Shown: one piece after another, positions 24,801 to 33,530 of the stretch
Position numbering within the stretch: position 1 is the stretch's first letter
How the letters are laid out: each line of letters starts with the position of its first letter
Assembly (NCBI GenBank): GCA_051294905.1
Contig: CM119372.1
Span: 31,684,001 to 31,748,000, forward strand
DNA: 64,000 nucleotides
Direction of reading: 5' to 3'
From: Botryllus schlosseri
Lineage: Eukaryota
Translations under genes and position numbers: made by a program
The notes under the pieces: generated by a model
What the model was told of the DNA's origin: nothing
The model's input: only the letters and a program-made list of their open reading frames with translations
The model's database searches: none

Positions 24801-26824
24801 CTGTAGTGAATAGTAACTTTAATTGTTATCAATTTCCACGACGGCAATGATTTTCAACAGATGCCAATACCTGAAGACATTTTATATCATTATCACCAAT
24901 CTTTAGTGACACATCGCGTGTTAAGTGGATATACGGATCTACTGAAGCCACCAAGGCAGTAGATGCACTGCGACAACGCAGACTTCACACCAATATATAC
25001 GTATTTATTCAAGTTTTTCAAACGTAAAATGGCATCGGGAGATGACGAGAACTCAACGGTGACAAATAATGATGTTTTTGTGCAGATCGCTGCTTGTAAT
25101 CGTACACAAATGGGCTCCGACGGTATGTTACTGCGCCTGAAAAACAAACTTGGGTACCGGTACTAGTAGAAGTCAAAATTTCGAGCCATTATTGCTGATT
25201 TGACGTCACAATGATAGCCTCGAAGCATCAACGGCCGATGATCATGTCGGCAGCGGTATTTCACGAAGGTTCTAAACCTCCGCATTGCCATCGAAAAGGA
25301 ATTAACGATTTAAGGATAATATATTATCAATATATAATAGAATAAGAATATTCTGTGAAATTGACAATGTCACAGCTAATCTATAAGTACCATAGAAACA
25401 CCAACAAAATCCCTACCTTGGCAGCAGCACGCCTGAAATCAGCAAAACTGCAGTTCGTACCGAAGCCTGTCCTAGCAACACGACAGCATCAATCAAGGCA
25501 CGTTACGCATCATTAGATAGATATCATTTGTGGCTACAATACGGATGTAGGTACGGCTCGGTAGCTAAGGTAGCGACGAAGTTACGATCGGTTGAAATTG
25601 GGGTTATTTGGTGAAAATCGCGGCGTTTTGAAGACAATCGACAAATTTCGCTCGGCGTCGAAAGAGTAAAGTCTTGCACCACCCCTCCACGCTATCCCAG
25701 TAACGCACGAGCACCAATCGGGGAAGTCATGAATACCAACGTTACTAATCAGGTCTTTGGTCTGACCCAGATGGTTATCGAACCCACGACCTACCGATCA
25801 AGAAGCCGGACGCTTAACCATTACGCTATCTTGCCGGTGCAGAGATGCAGCAACGGCAATGTTAAGTAACTCACACTCTGTCAAGGCCATTACACTGGGC
25901 ATTATTTACACTTGCATACAACTTCGACAAACTCTTCTTGATACTAGCGCGCAAAACTTACGCAAATTCCCACTTACTGATTTGGTTTTCCAGGTGAATT
26001 TGTAACGTATTTGGTGTCCGTTCTTGGGCCTCCGCACATGACCGTGGTGCTGTCGCCGCTGAGAAACGGATCGCTCGTGGAATGGTCTCTGGACAGCAGC
26101 CCGAAGGGAAGAAACAGCAAAGCTTGTATTAGACCTAAAGGTGATGTTTCCTAATAGTGGCAGATTGTGCTGCGACAGAATAGCAGATTTCAAGTCTCGG
26201 CGGTTTTCACGTTTTGAAACAAATTAAGCTGAATGGTGATACTAATCTCGAATTTCCACACAAGATTTGTTGCAACTCGAATTGACCCCACTTTTATACT
26301 AGATGCGATCCTGCCACCAAATACTTACCGACTTTGATCGTTTTTCTTTGACGTTGGTCGAATTTGGATTTTCTATTTTACCTGGACTGGTGTTGGATAC
26401 ACGAGAGGAATTGCTCATTCGTTTGCGCACAATTTCTGAATTAAATCATGTCATTCCCGTACTAGATTCGTTCCCGGTACCCATTTCGTTTTGAATTTGA
26501 ATTCGGCTTTAAAAATCGATTCTTTAACAGAATTAAGACACTCGCAGCCGTGTTTCATAGTTCAGTATATTTTCAGAATGCTACTTCATACTCTACACCG
26601 GGGGCTACGTGCACCCCAGATGGGAGTTTTGGCTCAAGTTCGCCGTACCTATAAAGACTAGTGATGCCGTTTTCCGACTTGACGTAAGCACGCATTACCG
26701 GCCGCACGGTCTCGTGGATCGTGTCAACACTCAGTCTCCGGAACTGGAACGCGTGACATCAGAGTTACATCACTGGGTGGCGCCGATGACTTGGATATCA
26801 ACGTACAAGAGCTACACGTTTTGA
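3866..26824 (+). CDS. ERMP1: Endoplasmic reticulum metallopeptidase 1-like (M28 family, multi-pass membrane), 15 coding exons, ~895 aa; whole gene span
   Basis: Exons 3866-3896, 4239-4443, 8323-8479, 9049-9193, 11897-12066, 12464-12645, 14492-14832, 16124-16350, 17455-17653, 18586-18814, 19428-19545, 20316-20460, 21237-21380, 25994-26140, 26577-26824. All introns are GT..AG with compatible phases and sum to 2688 nt. M28 metal/catalytic motifs are intact: NCHTDS, GASDDA, FNGAEE, NLEAAG, GYVYHT. Confidence 0.93.
4239..4443 (+). CDS. ERMP1: ERMP1 exon 2 (N-terminal TM segment, ...[10 protein letters not shown])
   Basis: ttttgtcaag acceptor, AG|gtacag donor; hydrophobic helix then the F.E..AR motif that precedes the M28 domain. 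Confidence 0.8.
4887..5293. mobile_element. Degenerate hAT-type MITE
   Basis: Imperfect inverted ends (gagctcgaccgatatt / ccgataataggtcgggttc) with ccgata subterminal motifs. Confidence 0.45.
7495..7900 (+). repeat. Interspersed repeat; second copy at ~13715-14140
   Basis: Shared sequence e.g. gaatcaaaata.aattttggaaatcccagattttaggcacattcagc and gacacagatgtgaac.aaagattcgctgagattttatggaaa. Confidence 0.75.
8323..8479 (+). CDS. ERMP1: ERMP1 exon 3 ([20 protein letters not shown]...DIQRPT)
   Basis: ctcag acceptor, gtataa donor; G.R..GS..N and D.QRPT motifs. Confidence 0.9.
9049..9193 (+). CDS. ERMP1: ERMP1 exon 4 (GSFY...[14 protein letters not shown])
   Basis: tacag acceptor, gtatgc donor; first Zn-ligand HxD motif. 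Confidence 0.92.
10616..11761 (-). mobile_element. DNA transposon with ~165-bp TIRs and a decayed hATm-like transposase C-terminus
   Basis: TIRs tagggtggagtgaaaaatggaaaatttt / aaaattttccatttttcactccacccta. Minus strand reads ...RRLAINKI...RLFKIPIIN*...QPPAI, then after a frameshift [17 protein letters not shown]...[21 protein letters not shown]. Confidence 0.75.
11897..12066 (+). CDS. ERMP1: ERMP1 exon 5 (GASDDAV...FNGAEE...[11 protein letters not shown])
   Basis: cacag acceptor, gtgaga donor; catalytic motifs. Confidence 0.95.
12464..12645 (+). CDS. ERMP1: ERMP1 exon 6 ([16 protein letters not shown]...IPSDTDFR)
   Basis: tttcag acceptor, gtacat donor; conserved M28 sequence. Confidence 0.95.
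12863..13452. mobile_element. Palindromic MITE with ~190-bp inverted arms (GAGTGGCC...GGCCACTC)
   Basis: gagtggccaacctttatgctattcacgaacg at left is the reverse complement of cgttcgtgaatagcataaaggttggccactc at right; no clear TSD. Confidence 0.8.
14492..14832 (+). CDS. ERMP1: ERMP1 exon 7 ([24 protein letters not shown]...)
   Basis: cgtag acceptor, gtaggc donor; YHT metal ligand, QRAGEN, first TM of the membrane domain. Confidence 0.95.
16124..16350 (+). CDS. ERMP1: ERMP1 exon 8 (TM helices, SLSWYAH)
   Basis: ttttttcag acceptor, gtaggt donor; SLSWY motif. Confidence 0.9.
16458..16795. mobile_element. GACTCGAGTC-rich hAT-type MITE
   Basis: aaccaagtc.caag and cattacaaccctg ends with gactcgagtc repeats; same family as 17809-18336 and 54109-56705. 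Confidence 0.65.
17455..17653 (+). CDS. ERMP1: ERMP1 exon 9 (TM region)
   Basis: cttcag acceptor (an in-frame alternative ttgcag lies 24 nt downstream), gtaagt donor; phases fit neighbours. Confidence 0.8.
17809..18336. mobile_element. GACTCGAGTC-rich hAT-type MITE
   Basis: cagggtgtattcaagtcacaagg ... ttacaaacccctg; many gactcgagtc palindromes. Confidence 0.7.
18586..18814 (+). CDS. ERMP1: ERMP1 exon 10 ([11 protein letters not shown])
   Basis: cttcag acceptor, gtaata donor; conserved GRxG...PPD motif. Confidence 0.9.
19428..19545 (+). CDS. ERMP1: ERMP1 exon 11 ([19 protein letters not shown])
   Basis: ttacag acceptor, gtaaat donor; FP....P..KR motif. Confidence 0.9.
20316..20460 (+). CDS. 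ERMP1: ERMP1 exon 12 ([16 protein letters not shown]...DYTG)
   Basis: tcacag acceptor, gtaggt donor; start of luminal C-terminal domain. Confidence 0.9.
21237..21380 (+). CDS. ERMP1: ERMP1 exon 13 ([12 protein letters not shown]...)
   Basis: ttttcag acceptor, gtgagt donor; P.C..P..LP motif. Confidence 0.85.
22007..24508. mobile_element. PIF/Harbinger-like non-autonomous element
   Basis: TIRs ggcccgtattca / tgaatacggcc; near 3-bp TSD gat/gac; interrupts the SINE. Confidence 0.55.
22573..24007. mobile_element. piggyBac-like non-autonomous element
   Basis: TTAA|ccctttgtaaccggc ... gccggtcgcaaaggg|TTAA. Confidence 0.8.
24597..25666. mobile_element. TTAA-target (piggyBac-like) non-autonomous element
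   Basis: ttaa|atctttcgacgcc ... ggcgtcgaaagag|taaa; interrupts the SINE. Confidence 0.6.
25994..26140 (+). CDS. ERMP1: ERMP1 exon 14 (GPPHMTV...EWSL)
   Basis: ttttccag acceptor, gtgatg donor; GP.HM and WSL motifs. Confidence 0.88.
26577..26824 (+). CDS. ERMP1: ERMP1 exon 15, terminal (CYFILYTGG...WEFW...THY...[10 protein letters not shown])
   Basis: ttttcag acceptor, TGA stop at 26822-26824; matches the ERMP1 C-terminus pattern. Confidence 0.9.
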
Positions 26825-27649
26825 TGTGGCTGGGTTTGCCTTACGTCGATGAGTAGTGAATGCGGTACGCAGACGAATATCTATGACATAAATATGCAAT
26901 GCTTCTTATGCATAATTTTGGGGTTTCGCAGAAAGCCGGATTAATGTGTGTGCTTGTGCTATACGAAGCCCATTTAACCGATATGCAGAAAGTTTAGAGC
27001 CGTAGTACTTCTGCTTTTGAGAGTACTCAAACATACTAGCACGCTCGAACATTTGTGTTCTTAGGCTACGTCGAGTTCCGCTTCATAGTTTTTTACGCAC
27101 TTTTTGAACGTTCGATAATGTCCAGTAAAATGTTGTTTAGGCATATGTTTGCATCAATTTTATGAGTGAATTCTTTATGACAACACGGCAAAACGTACTT
27201 GTGTTGCGTTGACTGAATCTATTTTACAAAATTGCACCTATTTGTAGTAGTAATTGGTCATTTTGCGTTCGTCGCGAAGATGCGCCCTGCAATGAGGGAG
27301 TAGCCACCTCAAATTAACTGCTAAAAGTAAGCGGTTCCTCGGCCAAATCTGCTTTTTTAAACTACTTAAAACTATTCGGTTGTTTTTATAGTTTCACTTC
27401 AAGTAATTTTGACATGTCTTGAAAATTGCTACTTCCACTTGTAATTTAGTTAGTCTAATGTAATTTAGTTGAAATTCATGGCGTTACTTCCACATCTACT
27501 TGTGTAAAAATGCTGTTTACTCTGAAAGCCTGTGCTGATGTTCAATGTACACATATAGAATGAGTGTGTAGTCAAACACTGTCATTGCCCGAGGGAAAAT
27601 TTTCGATTAAAACATTGTGAATCTTCACGCGATTTTAGAAAAAAGTAAT

Positions 27650-29545
27650 CCAGAGTGAAAGGCAAATGGTTGTTGTGGAATATCACGAACACGCATATGC
27701 TGTCACAAATATTCGTGAGTCTGTTCGCCAATGGTGTCTCAATATATCTGACTAAATTCGTGCATCGGATTTGTGAAATTACGGTACATTACATTTTCAT
27801 CCGCTAGCAACTTTATGTTGGTCCATATGGAAAATTCAATAAAATCGGTATGCATTCTTGATACAAGAGTCGAAAATAATTGTGTGTACGAGATTTCCAC
27901 CATAGCGTAAAGCGCAAATCACCCCATCAGCACTTTCTCGTGCCACATTTTGCTTGAACAAAATTGAATGGATGAAAACGAGTCGAAGACACCAATCCTT
28001 ATGGGGGTATATCGCAGTGGTTTAGGGGGTTCTGTTTGCATGCGGTAGATTTTTTACTTGGGGTTGGTATGCAAGTACAGCACTCTTGCCTGGATATATC
28101 TCCATAAGAATTGATGGATTTTGCTTGTTTTCACCCATTGGGGTGGGTGTGAAAGCAAAATTCTGTACCAGAAAATGCTGTTTACCTGATTTGTGCCCTA
28201 CCCTATCGTGGGAATTAGCGAAATACACAATTTGCAGTGCAGCCGGAATGCTGATCTTATCCTTAGTACCGATTCTATTTTTGTCAGTAGAATTTACTTT
28301 CCTGTTTAAGTGTGTGCACTTCTTCAATTTTACCCAAATCCGAGCTTTTTTTAACCAGACTCTTCAGATATATGTGAGGAAGGTGTTTCTCGTTGGTATG
28401 TCTGCTACTTTTATGTATGCCAAGGTAACCGTTACGTCTGAAACTGAACGCACAAATCGTTTCTCTCAAATTGCGTTGCATGCTCAAGGTTTACTGGAGT
28501 ATCTTTGTTCTTGCTGTTCAATTATGAAATCCTTCTACTTCAACAGTTTTCGAAGCCAGTTTTCATTTTTACGTCTTAAATTCTGTGTTACGCAAAGTAC
28601 TTTTTGGATGGAATCCCGTAATATGGCCCCTGTGCCGTAATCATATAATATAGGTTTTATATAGCTCGTATACGCCAGCCGTGAAGACGCATCTAGCGTT
28701 ATAGTCTGTGACAAAAGGCGCCGGTGCCCTCTTCATATTGTCGATTCGCGCACTGTGACGCCAGTCGTTCCTACGTTACGTGGATAGTCATGACGTAACG
28801 TCTGTATTCCGTAAATACCCAAAAAAAAGATGAAGTTGGAAACTAATAAAATAGAAATTTCGTCCCGAGTGATCCCATACCAGCTGTAACCTGCGACACT
28901 TGCGTAGCCAGAGAGGTGAAACGTGGGTACGACCCCTCCAACTTCCACTTGGTCATTGCCATGTCCTTCGTTTTCACAAAATTGAATCATTGCTTAACCT
29001 AACTTTCAATCTCGCCTACCTTGTAGTTGAAGGACTAGTCGATTTGAGGTGTCTTCGAAATCACTAACGGTACATACATTTTGGGATATATTGGTGGGTT
29101 CTCTCCTTCTACCCAGACAGGCCTGCTTATCGGAAAGATATTATTTTTGTACTTTTTCGTTCCGTGTGCAGTGCATGTCTCTAATTCAAGTATTTTATTT
29201 ATGTCGTTAGTTGAAGTAAGTGTACGTGTGAAATTGATTAAATGAGTTTGTGATAAAAGTACCGGTTGGTTGAAACAGGCGAGTCTCTTTCGCATCAGAA
29301 GTAGGAAATCAGAGTAGTACGTGAATAGACGTACTACCACTAAAAGAATGCGCACTGAACTCTTTGCACCGTGCCTGAGTCCGCAAACGAGTGCTGACCT
29401 AAATTCAGTCCAAAGTTTCACTGCATTGTAGTCAAAGTCGCAGATTCAGGTACAGGGTACATCCAAGATTGTAACTAGAGGATTAGATTTGGTTTATCTG
29501 ACGAGCATCTGTATACAACCATCGTATACAGATGCAAGGGCTGTG
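27650..29545 (-). mobile_element. Heavily decayed Gypsy-like LTR retrotransposon pol remnant
   Basis: Broken frames in RT-RNaseH-integrase order: YTDARQIN and CGLRHGAKSSVRIL..YYSDFLL (RT-like), FHLSGYASVAG (RH-like), HDRVGH (integrase Zn-finger-like). Weak motifs. Confidence 0.4.
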
Positions 29546-29933
29546 ACCTGAATATAATAGTCGACTCCGCCTTAATTCGGACAACTGGGATCCGCTCAAG
29601 TTTTGCCGAATTAAGCGTAACGTCAATTGTTCCTTACATGGTCGTGCGTAAAGGCAAACAGCGCATTGAAAATACAAAAACAACAATAGAATAATATATT
29701 CATACTGAAATGAACCCGACTATTATCGACTGACACTCGTCATCAGTAACTACGAACTAGTAGACAATTGGAAAGAACACTGTATATCAGTGGTTCTCAA
29801 CCTTTTTCACCTCGCGGACAGGTAAGATTGCAAAATGTATTTGGCGGACCGGTGCACCCTTAATAAATTGAAATCAACCGAAAATGTAATGTATGCACTA
29901 TGCAGTCGTTTTTCTGCAAGTATGGTACTGGAG

Positions 29934-32054
29934 CAGGGGTGGCCAGCCGTTTTGCTATTCACAGCCGCATTTCGATTACTTATATGGTCCACGGCTCAGG
30001 CCGTGTTATTTTTGGCATTTCAGGAGCCAGATGCCAAAAATACAAATTTTAAAATGCCAAAAATAAGCAATTTTTGGCATATGCCAAAAATAACACGGCC
30101 TGCCAAATAGTGTATTTCGTTCATGGTGTTGTGTTAACAGGACCGCGTTACAATTAAGCGAGAAGAGCGTTTGTGAAAGGCAGGTTTCTTAATTTGGATC
30201 CAGCCCACCCATTAGGGGTGAAAGCATGGTATCCTAAATGGTGTGGGCACAGCCAGATTGGTTTGCGTCATACTTTCCATTTGTCCAAAGGCAATTTTAC
30301 GACATTCTTGACCAGCTTGTCGAGCGCTAAATTTGATAAAACGGGTATCAATGAGAAGCTGCCGCAGTACTGATTATTAAAATATAAATTATATTCTGCT
30401 CATGGAACTGGAACCCCCAAAATCGACCACGATTTTTGCATTGTGATCGAGTTGAATATTGTGACGCAACAAACTGTCTGGCTATTTCTGAGCTGCATAG
30501 TCTCGTTTTGCCAGACAGTCTTGTTGCGTCAATGTTCTTAAACAAGCTAACACTCCCAGAACTCTTCCATGCGAGTTGGTAATATTAAAGCCACCTGAAG
30601 TGACAAAAGTCCTCTGAAAATATATCGGTAGACTGAAGGAGAAATGATAGTCGGGCTACTAAATAGAATGTGTTGAGAGACAACACAGGAAACTCCTGGA
30701 AAAGGATCGGGAAGAAAATTCTTTCCGCGATGAGATCGATGGCACTGGCGAAGTGATCTCTTTTCATGATGCATGGAAGCTGGTTCGGCCCTCCAGAGAT
30801 TTTGAAGCTCTGAAAACCTTTTGTGGATGACTGGCAACATTCTTTCCCTCACCGGCTACTGTTGAAGCCGATATTTCCCAGATTCCCTGGGCGAGAAATG
30901 AATTTAGGAGAAACTTAGCTGACCTGAGTTTCGAAGCATTGTTACAATGCAAACGAGTTAAGTGTATTCAACAGCTGTAACAATCAGCTGGATACTTCAC
31001 ATTTTGTGGTTTCGTTTGATATTATTAACCTATGAAATCGTTAGTTTTTTTCTTCTTCTTATTGTTTGTTGGCACTGATTATACGTGGATGCTGCACATT
31101 TTGTGGTGTCTTTTGACAAACTAGCCAAAACAAAGCGTTTTCGTGACTAATTCGCGGCTGAAACTATCTATTTAGAGGACGATGCCAAAACTGCCAAAAA
31201 TAAAAATCGAAAAATGCCAAAAATAAGTTATTTTTTCAGTTTTGGCATATGCCAAAAATAACACGGCCTGTCCACGGCCGCATGCCAGGACATAGTCGAA
31301 ATGAACTGGACGCGAAATTCCCATGCTAAACTGGCCATGTTCATTTCTGGTGAATTCCGGGCTAATCTACTTTTTCATATCGTCTTACTATACGCACCGA
31401 AATCGCTACATAGTGATAATGTTATAGTTATGACTAAAGTAGTGGAAATGGTAATGGCCGCGCGAAGCGCGATAAATTTTTCCGATTCACGAATGAATTT
31501 CGTCATTAATATTCGTAATTTCTGATATTACTATCCAAAATTTATCCTTTCTCAGCCAATGCGATCAGATTCATCGGTATATCTGATGGAGGGAGTGTTT
31601 TCGGAAATTTAGGGCACCGTTATAAATGATGGCGAGGCATCTTCGGCTGGGCCAATTGTTATTATAGTCACTCTGTTGCGTGCTGTTTTTTCTTGACCTC
31701 CCATCAGGATTGTAGGTATGGTGGAAAGATATTGGAATCTCCCAAACGTACCTGAAACAAATTTTTTTCGTGAGGAGCGCACGACTCCAAGTTGGTATTT
31801 CTATATGCAATGCATCATTTTCCTTCGCTGTTCGCATCTGTACTGTGGGGCTCAGATTGCAAAGGACGCTACGGCTAAATTAAAATAAAAAAGTGAAGTC
31901 TCATTGAATCTCGCCTGGCGCGAAGAAAAGTTCAAGAATGATTAAAATATATCAAAAATTCTGGAGTCAATTCGTAAATTCAATTTTGTTGTCGACTGCC
32001 GCCAACACATACTAATTGAATTACAAGTCCACGGCCGCAGGTTGGCCACCCCTG
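29934..32054. mobile_element. hAT MITE nested in 29788-32713
   Basis: caggggtggcca ... tggccacccctg; TSD tactggag/tactagag. Confidence 0.8.
29997..31270 (+). mobile_element. hAT-like element with decayed transposase remnant (~30173-30980)
   Basis: TIR caggccgtgttattt / aaataacacggcctg; TSD tccacggc (one extra T on the left); atgccaaaaata subterminal repeats; interrupted frame ending KTFCG*LATFFPSPATVEADISQIPWARNEFRRNLADLSFEALLQCK. Confidence 0.75.
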
Positions 32055-32810
32055 TACTAGAGAGTGATATTTTAAGGGTTTTGTTCGTAATTAAATATGT
32101 TTAAGATGGCATTCATGTAACTTCGCGGCACTGTCTGCGAGTGTTGATCAAGTTGAGGTGAAATTGACTTGCCCAGATAAACATTGGCGAATTTCGCGCC
32201 GAAGGCCGTGGATTAACCGACCGCGCCAACTCGAATGATATTCCTCTCTTCGACAATATCCAAAAATGAAGCGTTTTGAAGTAGGACCAAGCACCTTGTC
32301 GAGCTACCTTGCTCATTTTCCACTATACTACCAGACGTAGCCTACTACGAGCACAATGCGCCGCACGAAAACACCTGCTGCTGGCAACAGCGATACCTGG
32401 CCAGTGGCCATCCACAAAATTAATGAATCGAAAACGAATGATCGTATGAATTGCGCGGTTTAGCAAGTCAGCCCGTACTTAACGAGTCGCTCGTATGCCG
32501 TCACCGGAGACAGCTTGAACTTCAAGTCAAACCGAACATGTTTCCGAGCCTAATCTTGCCTCACGAAGTTCTGCATCAGTTTAAAATTTGACGTTATATA
32601 TATTTTACCAATGGACAATCCTTCAACATCTTCCATCTTGAAATTAACTTCCATCTTGAAATTAAGGTATAAAATCCTAATATAATTCTCGAACCGGCGG
32701 TTGAGAACCACTGCTGTATATCAGCAGTGAAAATAATGACTCTCTAGTACAAAATAAAGACGTCACAGTCATGGAATTTCGGATAATCGGGGCCGAAGAG
32801 AGCGCTTAAG

Positions 32811-33125
32811 CTACGAATTCTGTAAATTGAATATACTAATCCTACTAAACCACCAAACACTTTTACATCGGATTTGTAGATTAGAAAGAAACGACTTTTC
32901 CAGTGTATTAAAGACATTTTCACTACGGAATTTGTAAAATGAATACTAATCTTATTAAACCGTCGAACACTTTTACGCTGAATTTTATGAAGTAGATAGA
33001 AAATTACTTATTCCGATCTACGAAAGACTTTTATACTACTAATTTTGTACAGTATGTAGGCCTACTAATTTCACCAAACCGTCGAACACTTTTACGGTGA
33101 ATTTTGTGAAGTAGAAAGAAGACTG
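32811..33125 (+). repeat. Three degenerate tandem copies of a ~115-bp unit
   Basis: Recurring tactaat...aaacc.tcgaacacttttac...tagaaagaa. Confidence 0.6.
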
Positions 33126-33530
33126 CCTTTACCAATGTACTTTGAGGTAGCGTTACGAGATGGTGAGTATAAAGAAGTACTTGTAATTCTTCAGCGTACT
33201 CAAATAGGTTTTTGCCAGGAATACATGCCAGGGTACATCAATTTGACTTGCGCAATACGACCGATTCCTCATGGGCCAGATGTCACAATTCCATTGCCTT
33301 CAAACGTTTTGCAAACAGTTGAAGAAGATTCTCTCGGTGAGGAGTCTTTGTCTGAAGAATGTTCTCAGCATGAGTGTGATGGTGATCAGCAGCTATATAA
33401 AGCTGAATCAAGCTGAACTAAATACCTTTGTCAAAAATTTGAATTTGCCAAATTAACCTGCTCTTATTGTAGGTTCCAGATTAAAAGCCAAACATATACT
33501 TGGCACTGATACCACTGTTGCTTGGTTATA

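Larger units (their letters stand above)
21920..25838 (-). mobile_element. tRNA-derived SINE (~350 bp) split into three pieces by nested DNA transposons
   Basis: Head at 25838 on minus: accggcaagatagcgtaatggttaagcg (A box) ... gggttcgataacc (B box), then ggtcagaccaaagac..ttggtattc. Body resumes at 24596-24509 and 22006-21920 and ends in a T-rich tail. Confidence 0.75.
29788..32713. mobile_element. hAT (Buster/Charlie-type) MITE hosting nested insertions
   Basis: cagtggttctcaacc ... ggttgagaaccactg; perfect TSD ctgtatat; same family as 61313-61798. Confidence 0.85.

Noticed and set aside
25765..25838. tRNA-like sequence with A and B boxes
   Set aside because: SINE head; no proper acceptor stem
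28086..28640. 184-aa plus-strand ORF
   Set aside because: Non-ATG start in the track, no recognisable domain, antisense to a probable retrotransposon remnant
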